Shown: positions 22,632 through 35,650 of the stretch, in pieces
Layout of the letters: the number at the start of each line of letters is the position of its first letter
How positions within the stretch are numbered: the first letter of the stretch is position 1
Assembly: GCF_001194135.2 (NCBI RefSeq)
Contig: NC_068999.1
Coordinates: forward strand, 14,371,096 to 14,428,259
Source: Octopus bimaculoides
Lineage: Eukaryota
Direction of reading: 5' to 3'
DNA length: 57,164 nucleotides
Notes under the pieces: model-generated
The model's database searches: none
What the model was told of the DNA's origin: nothing
Seen by the model: only the letters and a program-made list of their open reading frames with translations
Translations under genes and position numbers: made by a program

Positions 22632-25600
22632 ATATACCATCACAGATTCACAGAAAAATGAATATAGCACTAAGTCGTAGAAGTTTCAACATTCACTGAA
22701 CGTTCTAAAGTCAAAATGGCGTTGCTAAAGAATACTTGCCGTGTCTTTCATCTATTGAGATGGTGTTTCATTATCGCGATAAAACACTTTTACAGCAATG
22801 CATTATGCAATACGATAGATGAATTTTAAGATAATGCAACTTCTGATGAAGTAGTAACGATGATAAATACAAGAGAACCCAAATCTTCTGATATTGGATA
22901 ATTTTGTTCAGTATAGTCAGTTCTAAATAGTAATAGCACGACACCTGTTAGATATATTTGGCTGTCGGGTTATAAAGTTTACACCCCATTTTATTCATTT
23001 TAAAACATATGCGTTAGTTTTTCTAAATAGAAAGAGCATAGGCTCATATATTTTATCCTTTTAATTGCTTCACTGGAAAATAGTCTACGAACAAATAACG
23101 ATCATTTCGTTCTACCCACACCAGCTTAATACCATGGGTGATTCATGATATTCTTTATGTGTTGACTGTAAGATTTTACTTTGGGGATCCGTATTAAATT
23201 GTTGTCTTTCAGTTTAATATTTGATTGGCGTGAATAATTCATTGATAGAAATTATCCATACCCAAGATATCCCGACGAAAATTGTCTCTGTTTTACCACC
23301 GTATAATAATGAGATTTGATGCTCCCCTGGCGAAAACCCAGTTTCTGTTATTGTCTTGGATTTCACTTCTGAAAGAGAACCTCACTGTTTTCTTCTTGTA
23401 TTTTACTATTCTACATTTCACATGATTTACCGAGAAAATGTTGTTATTTTTGTGATGTAATATTTAAAATCTGATAACTGATAAATTTCCCCAATATATT
23501 TCGGTATATAAGACTTTGAAATATATTCAGCGCGTGTTTTAGTATTTATCATATTCACTGTTGTCAAAACCATCATGTGCATTTGATTTGTTAGATGGTT
23601 CCAAACGTTGCAGGTGTGTCTGAGCTAGAATATAGTGGATGTTTGTAAATAGAAGATATTTAAATGTAACGTAGCTAAATATCTAAAGAATATATCTTAA
23701 GTTAATAGCTTGTTTGTAAACAAAATGTAGACTTAGAGCATTCTAGTCAATTAGGCGAAGAGCTGAATATGCAAAAATTCCAAGTGTCAAGAAGTTTCAA
23801 ACTTGTTTGGTATGAAAACATGTGGACATCTGACTGCATAAGTTGGAAAAAGTGCCACCAAGAAATAGCCGTAACATCGAGAAACGGGATAAAATGGAGA
23901 GTACGGGAGTGGGAATACAATAAAAGAGGGAATACTATATATTCTTTTATTCATGAAATACACTCAAATCTAACTACCCGTGTTTGAAAAGAAGTTTATA
24001 TAAACACACTTAAATACATACAAATATATATAAATATTGACATATTCCAATATACATAAGCACATGCTCTCACAGACATGTGCACACACATGATAACATA
24101 CGTATAAGTGTGAGCGTGAGTATATGTATATATATTTCTTGTCGCTTCAATATTAACGTTAAACGCACGAAATTGCGGGTGATTCTATGACCGATAACTG
24201 TAGAGGAGTTGGGGACCATCTCTGTCTGTTATCTGTTCGGCTGTGCATTGACTATATCTTTTCTTAACTTGCAAATGTGTCACTCTGTTTCGTTGGTGGT
24301 AGAAAATTTGCACTACATACTGGAACTGCATATTACAAAATTTTGTTTCCCAATAATTAAATTGAATTTGTATTTGCGAGGAAATATATCGTTACACCTT
24401 TTACAAGAAATTACTATATTAATGTATGCAGGATTTTTGATATATATTATTGTAATATGGTTTCGCTGTTTACTTTGACTCATTCAATTATATGGTTTTA
24501 TAGAAAACAATAACTACATGTATGTATGTATGTATGTATGTATGTATGTATGTATATAACGGTATCGGTCCAAGCTGATATATGCACATGGGAAGAAACG
24601 CAAACTTAACGTTGCTATATGTCGAGTTTTTCTCTCTTTGTTTGTCTCTCTCTACGTTCTTCTCTATTCCTATCTATTTTTCTCTCTTTGTTAATATATA
24701 TGCATTTATGTGTGTGTCGGTTACACTTTGCATGTGGTTCCTGGGATATTCACATACTTTCTGTATCTGACGATCCATATTTACAAAGTAGTATCTACCA
24801 TTATAGTAAAGTATAAATAATGCATTACTTACGGCATGTATTCACCTATATTTTCCATTAAATCATGATGATATCTGCCGGGGATTTATTTTTTTAAATT
24901 TTATGTATTCCATTAACTTTTATTGTATAATCTATGGAAATATTTATCACATCTGAACACTATGTAAGTGCAGCATCGGACCATTGAAAAATCTCTATTC
25001 ACATGCAAAAGTATATGTTGAAGACTATCACAGATTGATAAATGCCTTGACAAAAACATAATCACACGTACACACATCACAGACATTCATTCAGATTTTC
25101 ATATATGTTTATTGTATCAGTTTTACCGACTGTACACTATGACTGCGTGTGTGTGTAGTGTGTGTGTCTAAATATNNNNNNNNNNNNNNNNNNNNNNNNN
25201 NNNNNNNNNNNNNNNNNNNNNNNNNNNNNNNNNNNNNNNNNNNNNNNNNNNNNNNNNNNNNNNNNNNNNNNNNNNNNNNNNNNNNNNNNNNNNNNNNNNN
25301 NNNNNNNNNNNNNNNNNNNNNNNNNNNNNNNNNNNNNNNNNNNCATTTACATTAGGGTAAGATAAATGAGAATATAGCAACTGGAAGCGAAAGAGAGATA
25401 CACTGGTATAAAGTGATACACGTATATACTAGAATAGTGTGCATTATGTATCATGTAAAATACGATTCAATCAATATTTCTGTGTCTAACTTTCCTTCTA
25501 TAGTGTGCGTAATTGTATTTATCTATCATTTCAATTTACTTATTTGCTAGTTACCAAATACCTACCAATATATTATTCATATAAACATTAACATTCTCAT

Positions 25601-25719
25601 CGCCCAAACCGTTTTGTTATTTTAATTTAGTTAAGTGGATATCCTAGTTGCTTACGGTATTATTTGTATATTTTTTTGCGATTTACTACACACAGACACA
25701 AACAAAGCTATATATGTAT

Positions 25720-25770
25720 GTATGCACACACACAAACGTATACACATACACATACACACACAAACACACG

Positions 25771-25817
<47 letters not shown>

Positions 25818-25850
25818 ACATATATATATATATATGTATATATATATATG
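25720..25850. repeat. (CA)n(TA)n microsatellite
   Basis: Read directly from the sequence. Confidence 0.95.
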
Positions 25851-25979
25851 CAAATATAATTTTACATGAAACCAGATTGTCCCTTAATACTAAATACATC
25901 TTGATAGCTACTAAGCGCCGTTGTATTTAAATACCGCAGACGGAAATATTTTGTAATAAATATTCCATATATATATTCC

Positions 25980-26010
<31 letters not shown>

Positions 26011-26230
26011 TGCAAAAAGGGACAATAGAAAACAAGGACGAGTCATTCGTCACTTTTCTTTTTTTCGCTCCTCTTTCTCACATTACGTGGCCGTTCCTTC
26101 ATTCCCGCCTTTCTTGATAATTGATTAAGATGCCTTTTATGTTCATATTTGTGTCCTGAAAAAAAATTTAAACAACCATTAAGACCGCTCTAGAAGCCCG
26201 CACATTTTGTTGTTTTTCTTTTTTTATATA

Positions 26231-27230
26231 TACAGTCGAAGTCGCCCACTCTGAGTACTCTACTTTTTCAATTACTTCCATATCTTCCATTTTTTTAGTT
26301 CCTTCTCGACTTGATTTACAGCCGCAAAATGCACATTCCTTTTCGGGTTGAACACCGGTACCGCGTTTTGTTTTAAATCAATCTCTACAGTTCTTTTTTA
26401 ACGTTTCGAGTTCCTTCAAAAGTACAACATGGGACATCTTCTTTAATTTTAATTTCAATTTTCGGACGCATTATCTGACACAGACTGTGATGCATTCATC
26501 GTATTGCATAATGTAATTAACGGTAGATCCCACAGGTCGAATTCTTCCATTAAATCTGTACCCCACCGATTCATTTTATTTTTCGATACCATTATTTTAC
26601 TTTTCCGCCTCATTTCTTTAAGTTTTATTTCTAGTGAAATTTCGCCCAAGAATTGAAGTCGTTCCCCTGACACACCTCAGCTATCTTAGTAGTATGTTTC
26701 TATACATGTGTTTCTATCTTCCTTTCCACGTTGCCGTATTTATTATCGATACGTCTGAACAGGTATCTAATTGCATTTTTGTCTGAAAACATTTATTTTT
26801 ACAAACAATTTCGATTTCCTCTGGTATAATTTTTTTGTTGAGTAGAATTTCTACGGTTTCTAATTCATTTACAGTTTCCTTCAACCAGCATTTTGACTGT
26901 CTATACCCAATGTTACCGTACTAAAAACATTTTCTTATCTTTAAAAGGGCATTTTTTTCTAAAAATGCAGGTCTCCGCAACTATAGCATGGCTGGTATAA
27001 CTGCCCTATAGAATAAATTTGCTATGTAAGACATTATTGTTTGGTTACAATAGTATGTTGATTCATATATATGTTAGGGATAAAACAATATCCATCGAGG
27101 TATATTTTTCAAATCACTTCCATTTCATCGATCTCACATACAACATTAGGCAACAGTCATGTCTCCTCCCTTTTGGAAAATGCTTTTGCATATGAATTAT
27201 ATAACAGTAGAAAGTTTGTACAATGTTTGC
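26231..27230 (-). mobile_element. Decayed Gypsy/Ty3 LTR retrotransposon internal fragment (gag zinc knuckle, protease, RT start)
   Basis: Minus-strand PCYSCGDLHF*KKCPFK (zinc knuckle), MQLDTCSDVSIIN (protease DTG-like), GTDLMEEFDLWDLP, NAVPVFNPKRNVHFAAVNQVEKEL and EYSEWATSTV (RT N-terminus). Many stops and frameshifts. Confidence 0.85.
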
Positions 27231-28799
27231 ATATAAGCATGAATGGTTTACAGAAATTTTGCAGCTGTCAACTAAAACGGAAGTTTACAGAAAATGAAGA
27301 ATTAGGTTGATGGCAGAAATGTTACATATATGCTACAGCATAGATGCAAATCAAATCTTATATCATGGAAAATAATCTATGAAACATTGAATTATTTCTT
27401 CGAATGTAAGACGCGTGTAACTGACGTATGTAATCCAGTGTTTGCAGAATGTATTTCTAACGTGTTAAGAAATCCCTAGTGAGACTTACTAAACTATGCA
27501 AATTTCTTTAAAGCCAAGGCTCTCTAAATCTCGCTAGATCTAATTGCATTACAGGTAACCAACTGGTGGTTATAATAACATTAACAAATTTATAGACGTT
27601 GCATGATTTTCTCACAAAGATATAGCTTTCAATTCCAATATATACATACGTGCATACATACATACATACATACGTATATATATATATATATATATATATG
27701 CAGACGTATATATATATATATNNNNNNNNNNNNNNNNNNNNNNNNNNNNNNNNNNNNNNNNNNNNNNNNNNNNNNNNNNNNNNNNNNNNNNNNNNNNNNN
27801 NNNNNNNNNNNNNNNNNNNNNNNNNNNNNNNNNNNNNNNNNNNNNNNNNNNNNNNNNNNNNNNNNNNNNNNNNNNNNNNNNNNNNNNNNNNNNNNNNNNN
27901 NNNNNNNNNNNNNNNNNNNNNNNNNNNNNNNNNNNNNNNNNNNNNNNNNNNNNNNNNNNNNNNNNNNNNNNNNNNNNNNNNNNNNNNNNNNNNNNNNNNN
28001 NNNNNNNNNNNNNNNNNNNNNNNNNNNNNNNNNNNNNNNNNNNNNNNNNNNNNNNNNNNNNNNNNNNNNNNNNNNNNNNNNNNNNNNNNNNNNNNNNNNN
28101 NNNNNNNNNNNNNNNNNNNNNNNNNNNNNNNNNNNNNATATATATATATATATATATACACATATGTATGTATTCCTGTGTGCATATATGTGTGTGTAGT
28201 GTGACGTGTCTACCTCAGCGTGGGTGTGTGTGTGGGTGTGCACGCGCTTGTGTGATGTGTAAAATTGTCCACAGATAATGCTGAGTCATCGAAAGAAATG
28301 GACAGATCTTGACATTTAACTTTTGTATTTGTACAATTTCACAATATTACATGGCGTTACATGATTACAAGTAGGTTTAATTTTCATAGAAGAAACTGCA
28401 ATAGATACTTTTCAATTTTTAGCCGTATATATCCTCGTTATTAACGATCTAATCGCAGATGTTTATGTAGCTGTAGCATAACGAAACAGCTAATAATGCA
28501 ACGATGGTGAAATTGTTTAAACTGCAGCATACTGGTGAGCGTGGGAGCGTAGATGACATAACTGCGTTCACACACAAAAACGTTTCAAACACTAACACGC
28601 ACATTGTATTTATAACGCTGTGGATATTATTAGAGTTTGTTGTGTGAAATATAAATTGATTCAATTTTCATGTAATTGAATGTGTGCGTTTGTAATATAC
28701 GTTTCCTGGTATAATGGTAATTATAAATATACATCTCGCAGCGGACATATATCAAGTCACAAGTACAACTCAGAACCTCATCTTCAGATCATTCCATCT

Positions 28800-29097
28800 A
28801 AGATATTTAAAGTGCAATATTCATTGTTGTGTTTGTAGGGAATTTTATGTAGATATCAAAGGCATCTCTCTTTCAGTAGATATCTACGAAAACAATAATA
28901 TCCGTTCCTATATATCCAGCCTCACCCTGAGACGACACCCAGCAAAGAAACGAGCGAGGGAGAGCAATCAATACACACTAGGTAACTGCCCCATCTGTGA
29001 TACCAATGGGCAAATGCTATGTCTAGAATACAATGTAAAAAATGCAACAAATTATATGTGGGTAGCACAAGACGGTTACATATTCGATATTATATAT
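28800..29097 (+). mobile_element. Penelope-like element fragment (GIY-YIG endonuclease start)
   Basis: GNCPICDTNG followed in another frame by SRIQCKKCNKLYVGSTRRLHIR, matching the Cys-rich linker plus 'VY.I.C..C...YVG.T.R.L..R' of PLE GIY-YIG domains. Ends in (TA)n and a gap. Confidence 0.7.
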
Positions 29098-31692
29098 NNN
29101 NNNNNNNNNNNNNNNNNNNNNNNNNNNNNNNNNNNNNNNNNNNNNNNNNNNNNNNNNNNNNNNNNNNNNNNNNNNNNNNNNNNNNNNNNNNNNNNNNNNN
29201 NNNNNNNNNNNNNNNNNNNNNNNNNNNNNNNNNNNNNNNNNNNNNNNNNNNNNNNNNNNNNNNNNNNNNNNNNNNNNNNNNNNNNNNNNNNNNNNNNNNN
29301 NNNNNNNNNNNNNNNNNNNNNNNNNNNNNNNNNNNNNNNNNNNNNNNNNNNNNNNNNNNNNNNNNNNNNNNNNNNNNNNNNNNNNNNNNNNNNNNNNNNN
29401 NNNNNNNNNNNNNNNNNNNNNNNNNNNNNNNNNNNNNNNNNNNNNNNNNNNNNNNNNNNNNNNNNNNNNNNNNNNNNNNNNNNNNNNNNNNNNNNNNNNN
29501 NNNNNNNNNNNNNNNNNNNNNNNNNNNNNNNNNNNNNNNNNNNNNNNNNNNNNNNNNNNNNNNNNNNNNNNNNNNNNNNNNNNNNNNNNNNNNNNNNNNN
29601 NNNNNNNNNNNNNNNNNNNNNNNNNNNNNNNNNNNNNNNNNNNNNNNNNNNNNNNNNNNNNNNNNNNNNNNNNNNNNNNNNNNNNNNNNNNNNNNNNNNN
29701 NNNNNNNNNNNNNNNNNNNNNNNNNNNNNNNNNNNNNNNNNNNNNNNNNNNNNNNNNNNNNNNNNNNNNNNNNNNNNNNNNNNNNNNNNNNNNNNNNNNN
29801 NNNNNNNNNNNNNNNNNNNNNNNNNNNNNNNNNNNNNNNNNNNNNNNNNNNNNNNNNNNNNNNNNNNNNNNNNNNNNNNNNNNNNNNNNNNNNNNNNNNN
29901 NNNNNNNNNNNNNNNNNNNNNNNNNNTATATATATTTGAAGAAAAGCAACAAAAATGCATTAGGTTATAGAAGTACGTACGTATCGTACACACATCATTT
30001 ATTTATGTATCGAGAACACCACATAAGATGTGCAATGAAAATGTACTCCTCAACTGCATAATAGAATTTCATTTCAGAAACTCATTTTGTAGATGTGTGC
30101 AAATGCAAGAGTAGGAGATGAAGAAAATGCCATCTTGACTGGCATGTTAATCAACAGTCTAGTGAATCAATCATGAATTGGAGGGGTAAGATAGCAGTAA
30201 TTTCAATTTAGAGGAAGGTAGATTAAGTAGTAAGGGACAGCAGGTTAGGGGTAAATCAAGCAAGAGAAAAAGTATATAAGAAAAAAGGAATTTTTTTTTT
30301 TTTTTCCTTTTTTATTATTTCTTTTCATATAATATGTCTGAAATTAAATAGAGATCATCATGGCTGTCACACTTTTGTGCTTGTGTATTCATTATGAGGA
30401 ATTTATCCAATATAACAAAGCTTACAAAAGAAGCATCTTATTGCCATATGAGGAAACAGCTTGTTATATTCACTATCAGCTATGGAGATCGCAAAAGATA
30501 TCTGAAGATCTCAGATAATATGACGAGATTTTCTAATTAAATACGCAATTGAAAAAAAAAAAATTGTAACAATAACACAGTAAGTTAGTATAGAAAACGA
30601 ACCAATAGTGAGAACCAATAGTCAATTAAAGTAACTCCATAAATAAACGGTACTTGTATTATCACCTGTTGAATAATGACAGGAAAAGGTAATTGTATCA
30701 GTTTTATAACTCAATATAAAGTGATAATATAAATTTGTGCTAGACAACACCTTTCTCACTCTCCTTATTCACCGATATACCACTATTACAATGAAATCAG
30801 TCACGTCGAAATATATTTTTAATGATGTTTTTAAATATATTCTTGATAATAATGATAGATGCTATAAGTTTGCCAAAGGGCATACATTTATTTCATAAGA
30901 TAATATGACAGAAATAATTAATACAAACGGAGAAGTTCATATTGGTAAGAAAGCAATGCAATTTAACAGCGATGAAAATAACGGTATACAGAAAAACAAA
31001 TGTTCTCGATAGAGTGACATTTACCTTCGACTGATGACGGAAAATCTATATATCGAAGATTTTAGCTATTGCGTGATTATCTTTGTATTACAGCTGCATA
31101 CTGATTGCAGGACTTACAATATCTGGTAGTTGTCTATAGTGCCTGTGTCAACCACACTCGAAGAGACTATTTGGTTCATCTTTGAATCAAAGAACTTCCA
31201 AGTATATACCGTTGCACGTGACAGGCACTAACCCTAACCGTAACCCTAACGCTCTCGCAAACAGTTCACATGATACAGGATACGTTTATCCATCGTTAGA
31301 AAAAACAACGTGACACCTGAAATATCGCAGATTCTAGATGCTCAATTTTGGAACTAGTGTGTTACATAACAACATGTTGCAAAACAAATCTACGGAAGCC
31401 AAACGTAGATGCTTACAATGCGGGTATGTTCAACTTTTCAGTTTCCGATTCATCTCGTTATTGGTGCGGGGTTTAGAATTTTTGCTCATTTCCTCGACAT
31501 CAATTTATGTGTATCTGTGAAAATGTGTGGTCGTAGTTCATTTTCACTTCTAATTTTACCGTGCAGGTGCTACATGTAGTACTGCTAATTATTAATTATA
31601 TAATATTAATAATAATAATTCTTCTTCTTATTATTATTAATGGTACTACAGGTCGTAATGGCACGCTAAAATTAGCAGTCGGGAGAGATCTA

Positions 31693-31734
<42 letters not shown>

Positions 31735-32084
31735 NNNNNNNNNNNNNNNNNNNNNNNNNNNNNNNNNNNNNNNNNNNNNNNNNNNNNNNNNNNNNNNNNN
31801 NNNNNNNNNNNNNNNNNNNNNNNNNNNNNNNNNNNNNNNNNNNNNNNNNNNNNNNNNNNNNNNNNNNNNNNNNNNNNNNNNNNNNNNNNNNNNNNNNNNN
31901 NNNNNNNNNNNNNNNNNNNNNNNNNNNNNNNNNNNNNNNNNNNNNNNNNNNNNNNNNNNNNNNNNNNNNNNNNNNNNNNNNNNNNNNNNNNNNNNNNNNN
32001 NNNNNNNNNNNNNNNNNNNNNNNNNNNNNNNNNNNNNNNNNNNNATATATATACACATACACGTCTGTATATGCGTGTGCATGA

Positions 32085-32260
32085 TTGAGAGGCTGGCTTT
32101 ATCACTATCTTCAGCTACCAAATTCACTGACTTGGCATGGCACTGGTCGGCCTCTGTGTACTTAGCAAAGTACAATGTGTATTTTTGCAATGTGCCGTGA
32201 CATAGGTCTGAAACTAAAACCACGTGGTTTCAAAGACAGCGTCTGAACCTCATGATGCGC
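32085..32260 (-). mobile_element. SINE family B, degenerate 5' half
   Basis: CTACCAAATTCACT...TGGTCGGCC...GTGCC...CTGAAACTAAAACCACGTGGTT parallels 44500-44640. Confidence 0.55.
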
Positions 32261-32918
32261 TAGCAAATGAAATCATTGCTCTCTTGTATTTCTATAAAAT
32301 CTACGGCAGCGTTGTTGTTAAGCTAGTTGCAAACTTTTTGCCAGTTACATGTTTCGCCGCCTAATTTACATATCTTAAGGTTTTCCCAGTGCCACACACC
32401 AGGGGAATAACTTTTAATTTTATGTTTTATTCACTATGGTAAAACTGTTTTTGTCTGTCTACCATTTTGGCATTCTTCCGCTTTTCGAATGATTTTAACA
32501 ATATCTAATTCAATGTTAAATTTTGTTCTAAAAAAACATTAGTTTTTCTCCATGTAGAATATTGCCTTTTTGATGTATAATTAAATTAGCTGTATTTATT
32601 TGTTTCCTTTCTAATTTGTGGTAATTAATTAAGTTTCACCATGGGTTTTGTCTAAATTGTTAGTGGAAGCCATATTTACATTTAATGAAAACATACAGAA
32701 ATTGTGATCGAATTGTTTGAAAATGTTAAAATGTTTTTACTCCCCAAACGGAAAGTGTATTCAATAACACTCCCAAAGTATTCACAGTAGTAAATAGATG
32801 TGAGTAAATGTTTTCATCTATATTTCTGCTTTTCGGGAGAACGAAAAAAGCAAGCAAAACTTATGTAGTATTTGCAGGTTATAATAATAATTCTAATAAC
32901 AGAAACAACAACACCAAC

Positions 32919-33066
32919 TAAAATGGCTTCAAATTTTGGCACACGGCCGCCGAATATAAGGGAGGGGTAAACAGATATTACATCGATGTAGTGTCCACCT
33001 TTCATCTATTTTATCGACCTCGAAAGGATGAAATACAAAATTTGAACACACAACGTACAGACGGTT
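32919..33066 (-). mobile_element. SINE family A, partial
   Basis: TTCAAATTTTGGCACACGGCC...TTACATCGA...TATTTTATCGACCTCGAAAGGATGAAA...AATTTGAAC. Confidence 0.75.
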
Positions 33067-33461
33067 GTTCAAATTATAGTCAATAATAACAATAAAAATT
33101 AAATAGATACTAGTGAATTTAACAAAAATATCAGTCGTAATAATGTTAACAATATATAGGACATTCAATTCCAAGCAGATGTTAAGAGTCTACATGCGAA
33201 GAGGAGCAAAATATAACGAGGGTCAATAAGTGCCGATCATTATGTGATTATAGAGGTTGCCAAACTGAAAATCACATCGACGAAAGCAATGAAAACATAA
33301 TTAAGTCGGTAAAAAAAGAAAATGATATCCTTGGTGATAGAAAGTGGAAGTAATTTGTACGACATAAAAAGAAATGTCTTATCGCAAAAAAGTATTTGAA
33401 TGGTAAATTATTTGTATCTAGAGATGAGGTTCGAGTAGATAAGACCTAAAACTGGAAGAGT

Positions 33462-33482
33462 AAGAAGAAGAAGAAGAAGAAA

Positions 33483-33516
<34 letters not shown>

Positions 33517-33586
33517 AGAAGAAGAAGAAGAAGAAGAAGAAAAAGAAGAAGAAGAAGAAGAAGAAGAAGAAGAAGATGAAGAAGAG
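33462..33586. repeat. (GAA)n microsatellite
   Basis: Read directly from the sequence. Confidence 0.98.
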
Positions 33587-33589
33587 GGG

Positions 33590-35420
33590 TCTGTATAAAG
33601 AGATTTGAGGAAGCATTTTATCTGCACAGGAGTAAACTCTGTGAATGAGAAACATATAAAAAAAAAAATAAAAAAATACGTAAAATGTGTTGCGGCTAAA
33701 ATGGCGACGATTATAAATTCTCAGACTATTCTAAGTGGGTGATAATCGTAATGTCATCTAAACTGAATGGAAGAAGTAAAATGAAGCCAAGGAATATATG
33801 GGCTGTGACTCCCATGCGTTAGAGGTTAGAATTTCTCAAACGTAAGAAATATGAATTAGAGAATGTCAACAGGACATTAAGAAATTGGTGATAGTGCATA
33901 CAGAGGTCCTCAAAAAAAAAAAAGAATGATGCTGAAAAACGTTATGTTGGGAGAAAGAAAGGAGTTAGTGGACTAATAAGTTCAGACTTTAGCTACATAA
34001 AATTAAAGATGTGCCTCTGAGACCAGCTGAGTTGGCGCTTCTACCTACTTGCTGCGGCAAACGTGCGGCCAGAGTAATGACGGGTAAAGTGCTCTCAGAA
34101 ATCGATGAGTCGTGACTGGTGGCAGCCATCTTCTTTTACACAGAAGAGGATGCTCAGGTGTTGAAGATGTCAGGAACAGCCGAGGTGAACTGGAGAGGAT
34201 ATGGATTTGAGGTGTCGATGCATATTGGCCTGGTGTACCTTCATAAAAAGTAATTACTTTATTATTTTTAAAAAAATGAAGTAAAATGGAACTATCTACT
34301 TTATATTCATAAGTTATTCGTTATACGTTTTTATGTACCCCATCTATTGTTTCGTCTGTCCTTGTGGTGTATCCTCTCTATAAAGGCCATGTGCCTAAAT
34401 AAGAGAAATGAGAGCGTTTGGTAGTCGTCTTGTTGATTGTTGTTGAACTGCTCTCTTTGGGTGGAACATGTGCGTTTTGCTGTCTGGCGGCGGTAATTTT
34501 CAACGTCTTCCATTTTCATTGATGGGGGAATGTCTAGGTTCCTGGCTTCTTAATGCAATACGAAAGTTGTAGTTCTTCTTCTTCTTCTTCTTCTTCTTCT
34601 TCTTCTTCTTCTTCTTCTTCTTCTTCTTCTTCTTCTTCTTCTTCTTCTTCTTCTTCTTCTTCTTTTTCTTCTTCTTCTTCTTCTTCTTCTTCTCCTTCCT
34701 CTTCCTCTTCTTCTTCTTCTTCTTCTTCTTCTTCTTCTTCTTCTTCTTCTTCTTCTTCTTCTTCTTCTTCAGACTTTACGTCTTCTGAGGAAGAGCTGGT
34801 TAAAAGACTGAAGAGAATAGACGAAGCAATGGAGATGAAGAAATATGCAGAAGCGGTGAAAGAAAAAAGCGAAAACGAGTCTGCAGGAATTAAGTAGATT
34901 CAAAGAAATGCTTGAAAGGGAGAGGAACGACATAGAAGTGTCCCTTCCACAGAAATTTTAAAAGAAAAAGGAAAAAAGACATTATTTACAGTATTTACTC
35001 AGCAACAACAAGGAAACTTGAAATCATGTTAACCGCTCAAGTCCAAAATGCATTAAAACTGATCCTGTGGGACTTTGACATTCAGAGAGGGAAGGTGTTT
35101 GAGAATCGAAATAGTAACATTTATGAGGGACAAACAAAAATTCCTAATAATCAAAATGGCAGTGCAAGGAGGTCAACGTATTACCATGAAAGTATGAGAA
35201 TAAGTTGATAAATATGGAAACCCTAGAATTGAGGTCGCTTAGATGTGGTAGCTACGAGTGTCAAACATAAAGTTAGTCGCTATTTTCATCAGAGCATTGA
35301 GTTCAATACCACCTAATCTGAAGAAACATCTGGAAACCTAAGAAAAATCTAGAATCAAGGTGTATTGTAAAAGTCAGCATTTTTCGGAACTGCACGCATA
35401 TTGTGTAACGTACTGTTTGA
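33590..35420 (+). mobile_element. Second R4/Dong-like RLE retrotransposon remnant, interrupted
   Basis: SKLNGRSKMKPRNIWAVTPMR and KRYVGRKKGVSGLIS (RT thumb) lie before the insertion. After it come TSSEEELVK, LILWDFDIQ, MW*LRVSNIKLVAIFIRALSSIPPNLKKHLE and KSAFFGTARILCNVL (RLE C-terminus). Confidence 0.8.
33992..34767. mobile_element. Nested ~776-bp insertion ending in (TTC)n, flanked by a target-site duplication
   Basis: TTCAGACTTTA occurs at 33981-33991 and 34768-34778 (at least AGACTTTA, 8 bp). The (TTC)n tract spans 34573-34770. The host R4 coding sequence resumes after it. Confidence 0.65.
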
Positions 35421-35530
35421 GTTTCTTGTGCCTTGACAAATAGTTGAAACTCCCGATAGTCACGTTATCTTCAATCAAAAATATCGTGATATTGGATACT
35501 GGGCGGCATCATTAATAATAATGTTGATCA

Positions 35531-35590
35531 TACTACTACTACTACTACTACTACTGCTACTACTACGACTACTACTACTACTACTACTAC

Positions 35591-35627
<37 letters not shown>

Positions 35628-35650
35628 TAATGATGATAATAATAATGAAA
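35531..35650. repeat. (TAC)n(TAA)n microsatellite
   Basis: Read directly; lies about 110 bp after the end of the R4-like ORF. Confidence 0.95.

Noticed and set aside
23080-23420. Minus-strand ITETG...FTPI suggesting an APE endonuclease
   Set aside because: Other APE motifs are absent and the match is compatible with chance.
31028-31065. CTGATGA followed by a small hairpin
   Set aside because: No GAAA or stem III in register.
32340-32395. Minus-strand CGAAACATGTA (hammerhead-like 3' half)
   Set aside because: The upstream core is CUGGGAA and stem I cannot pair.
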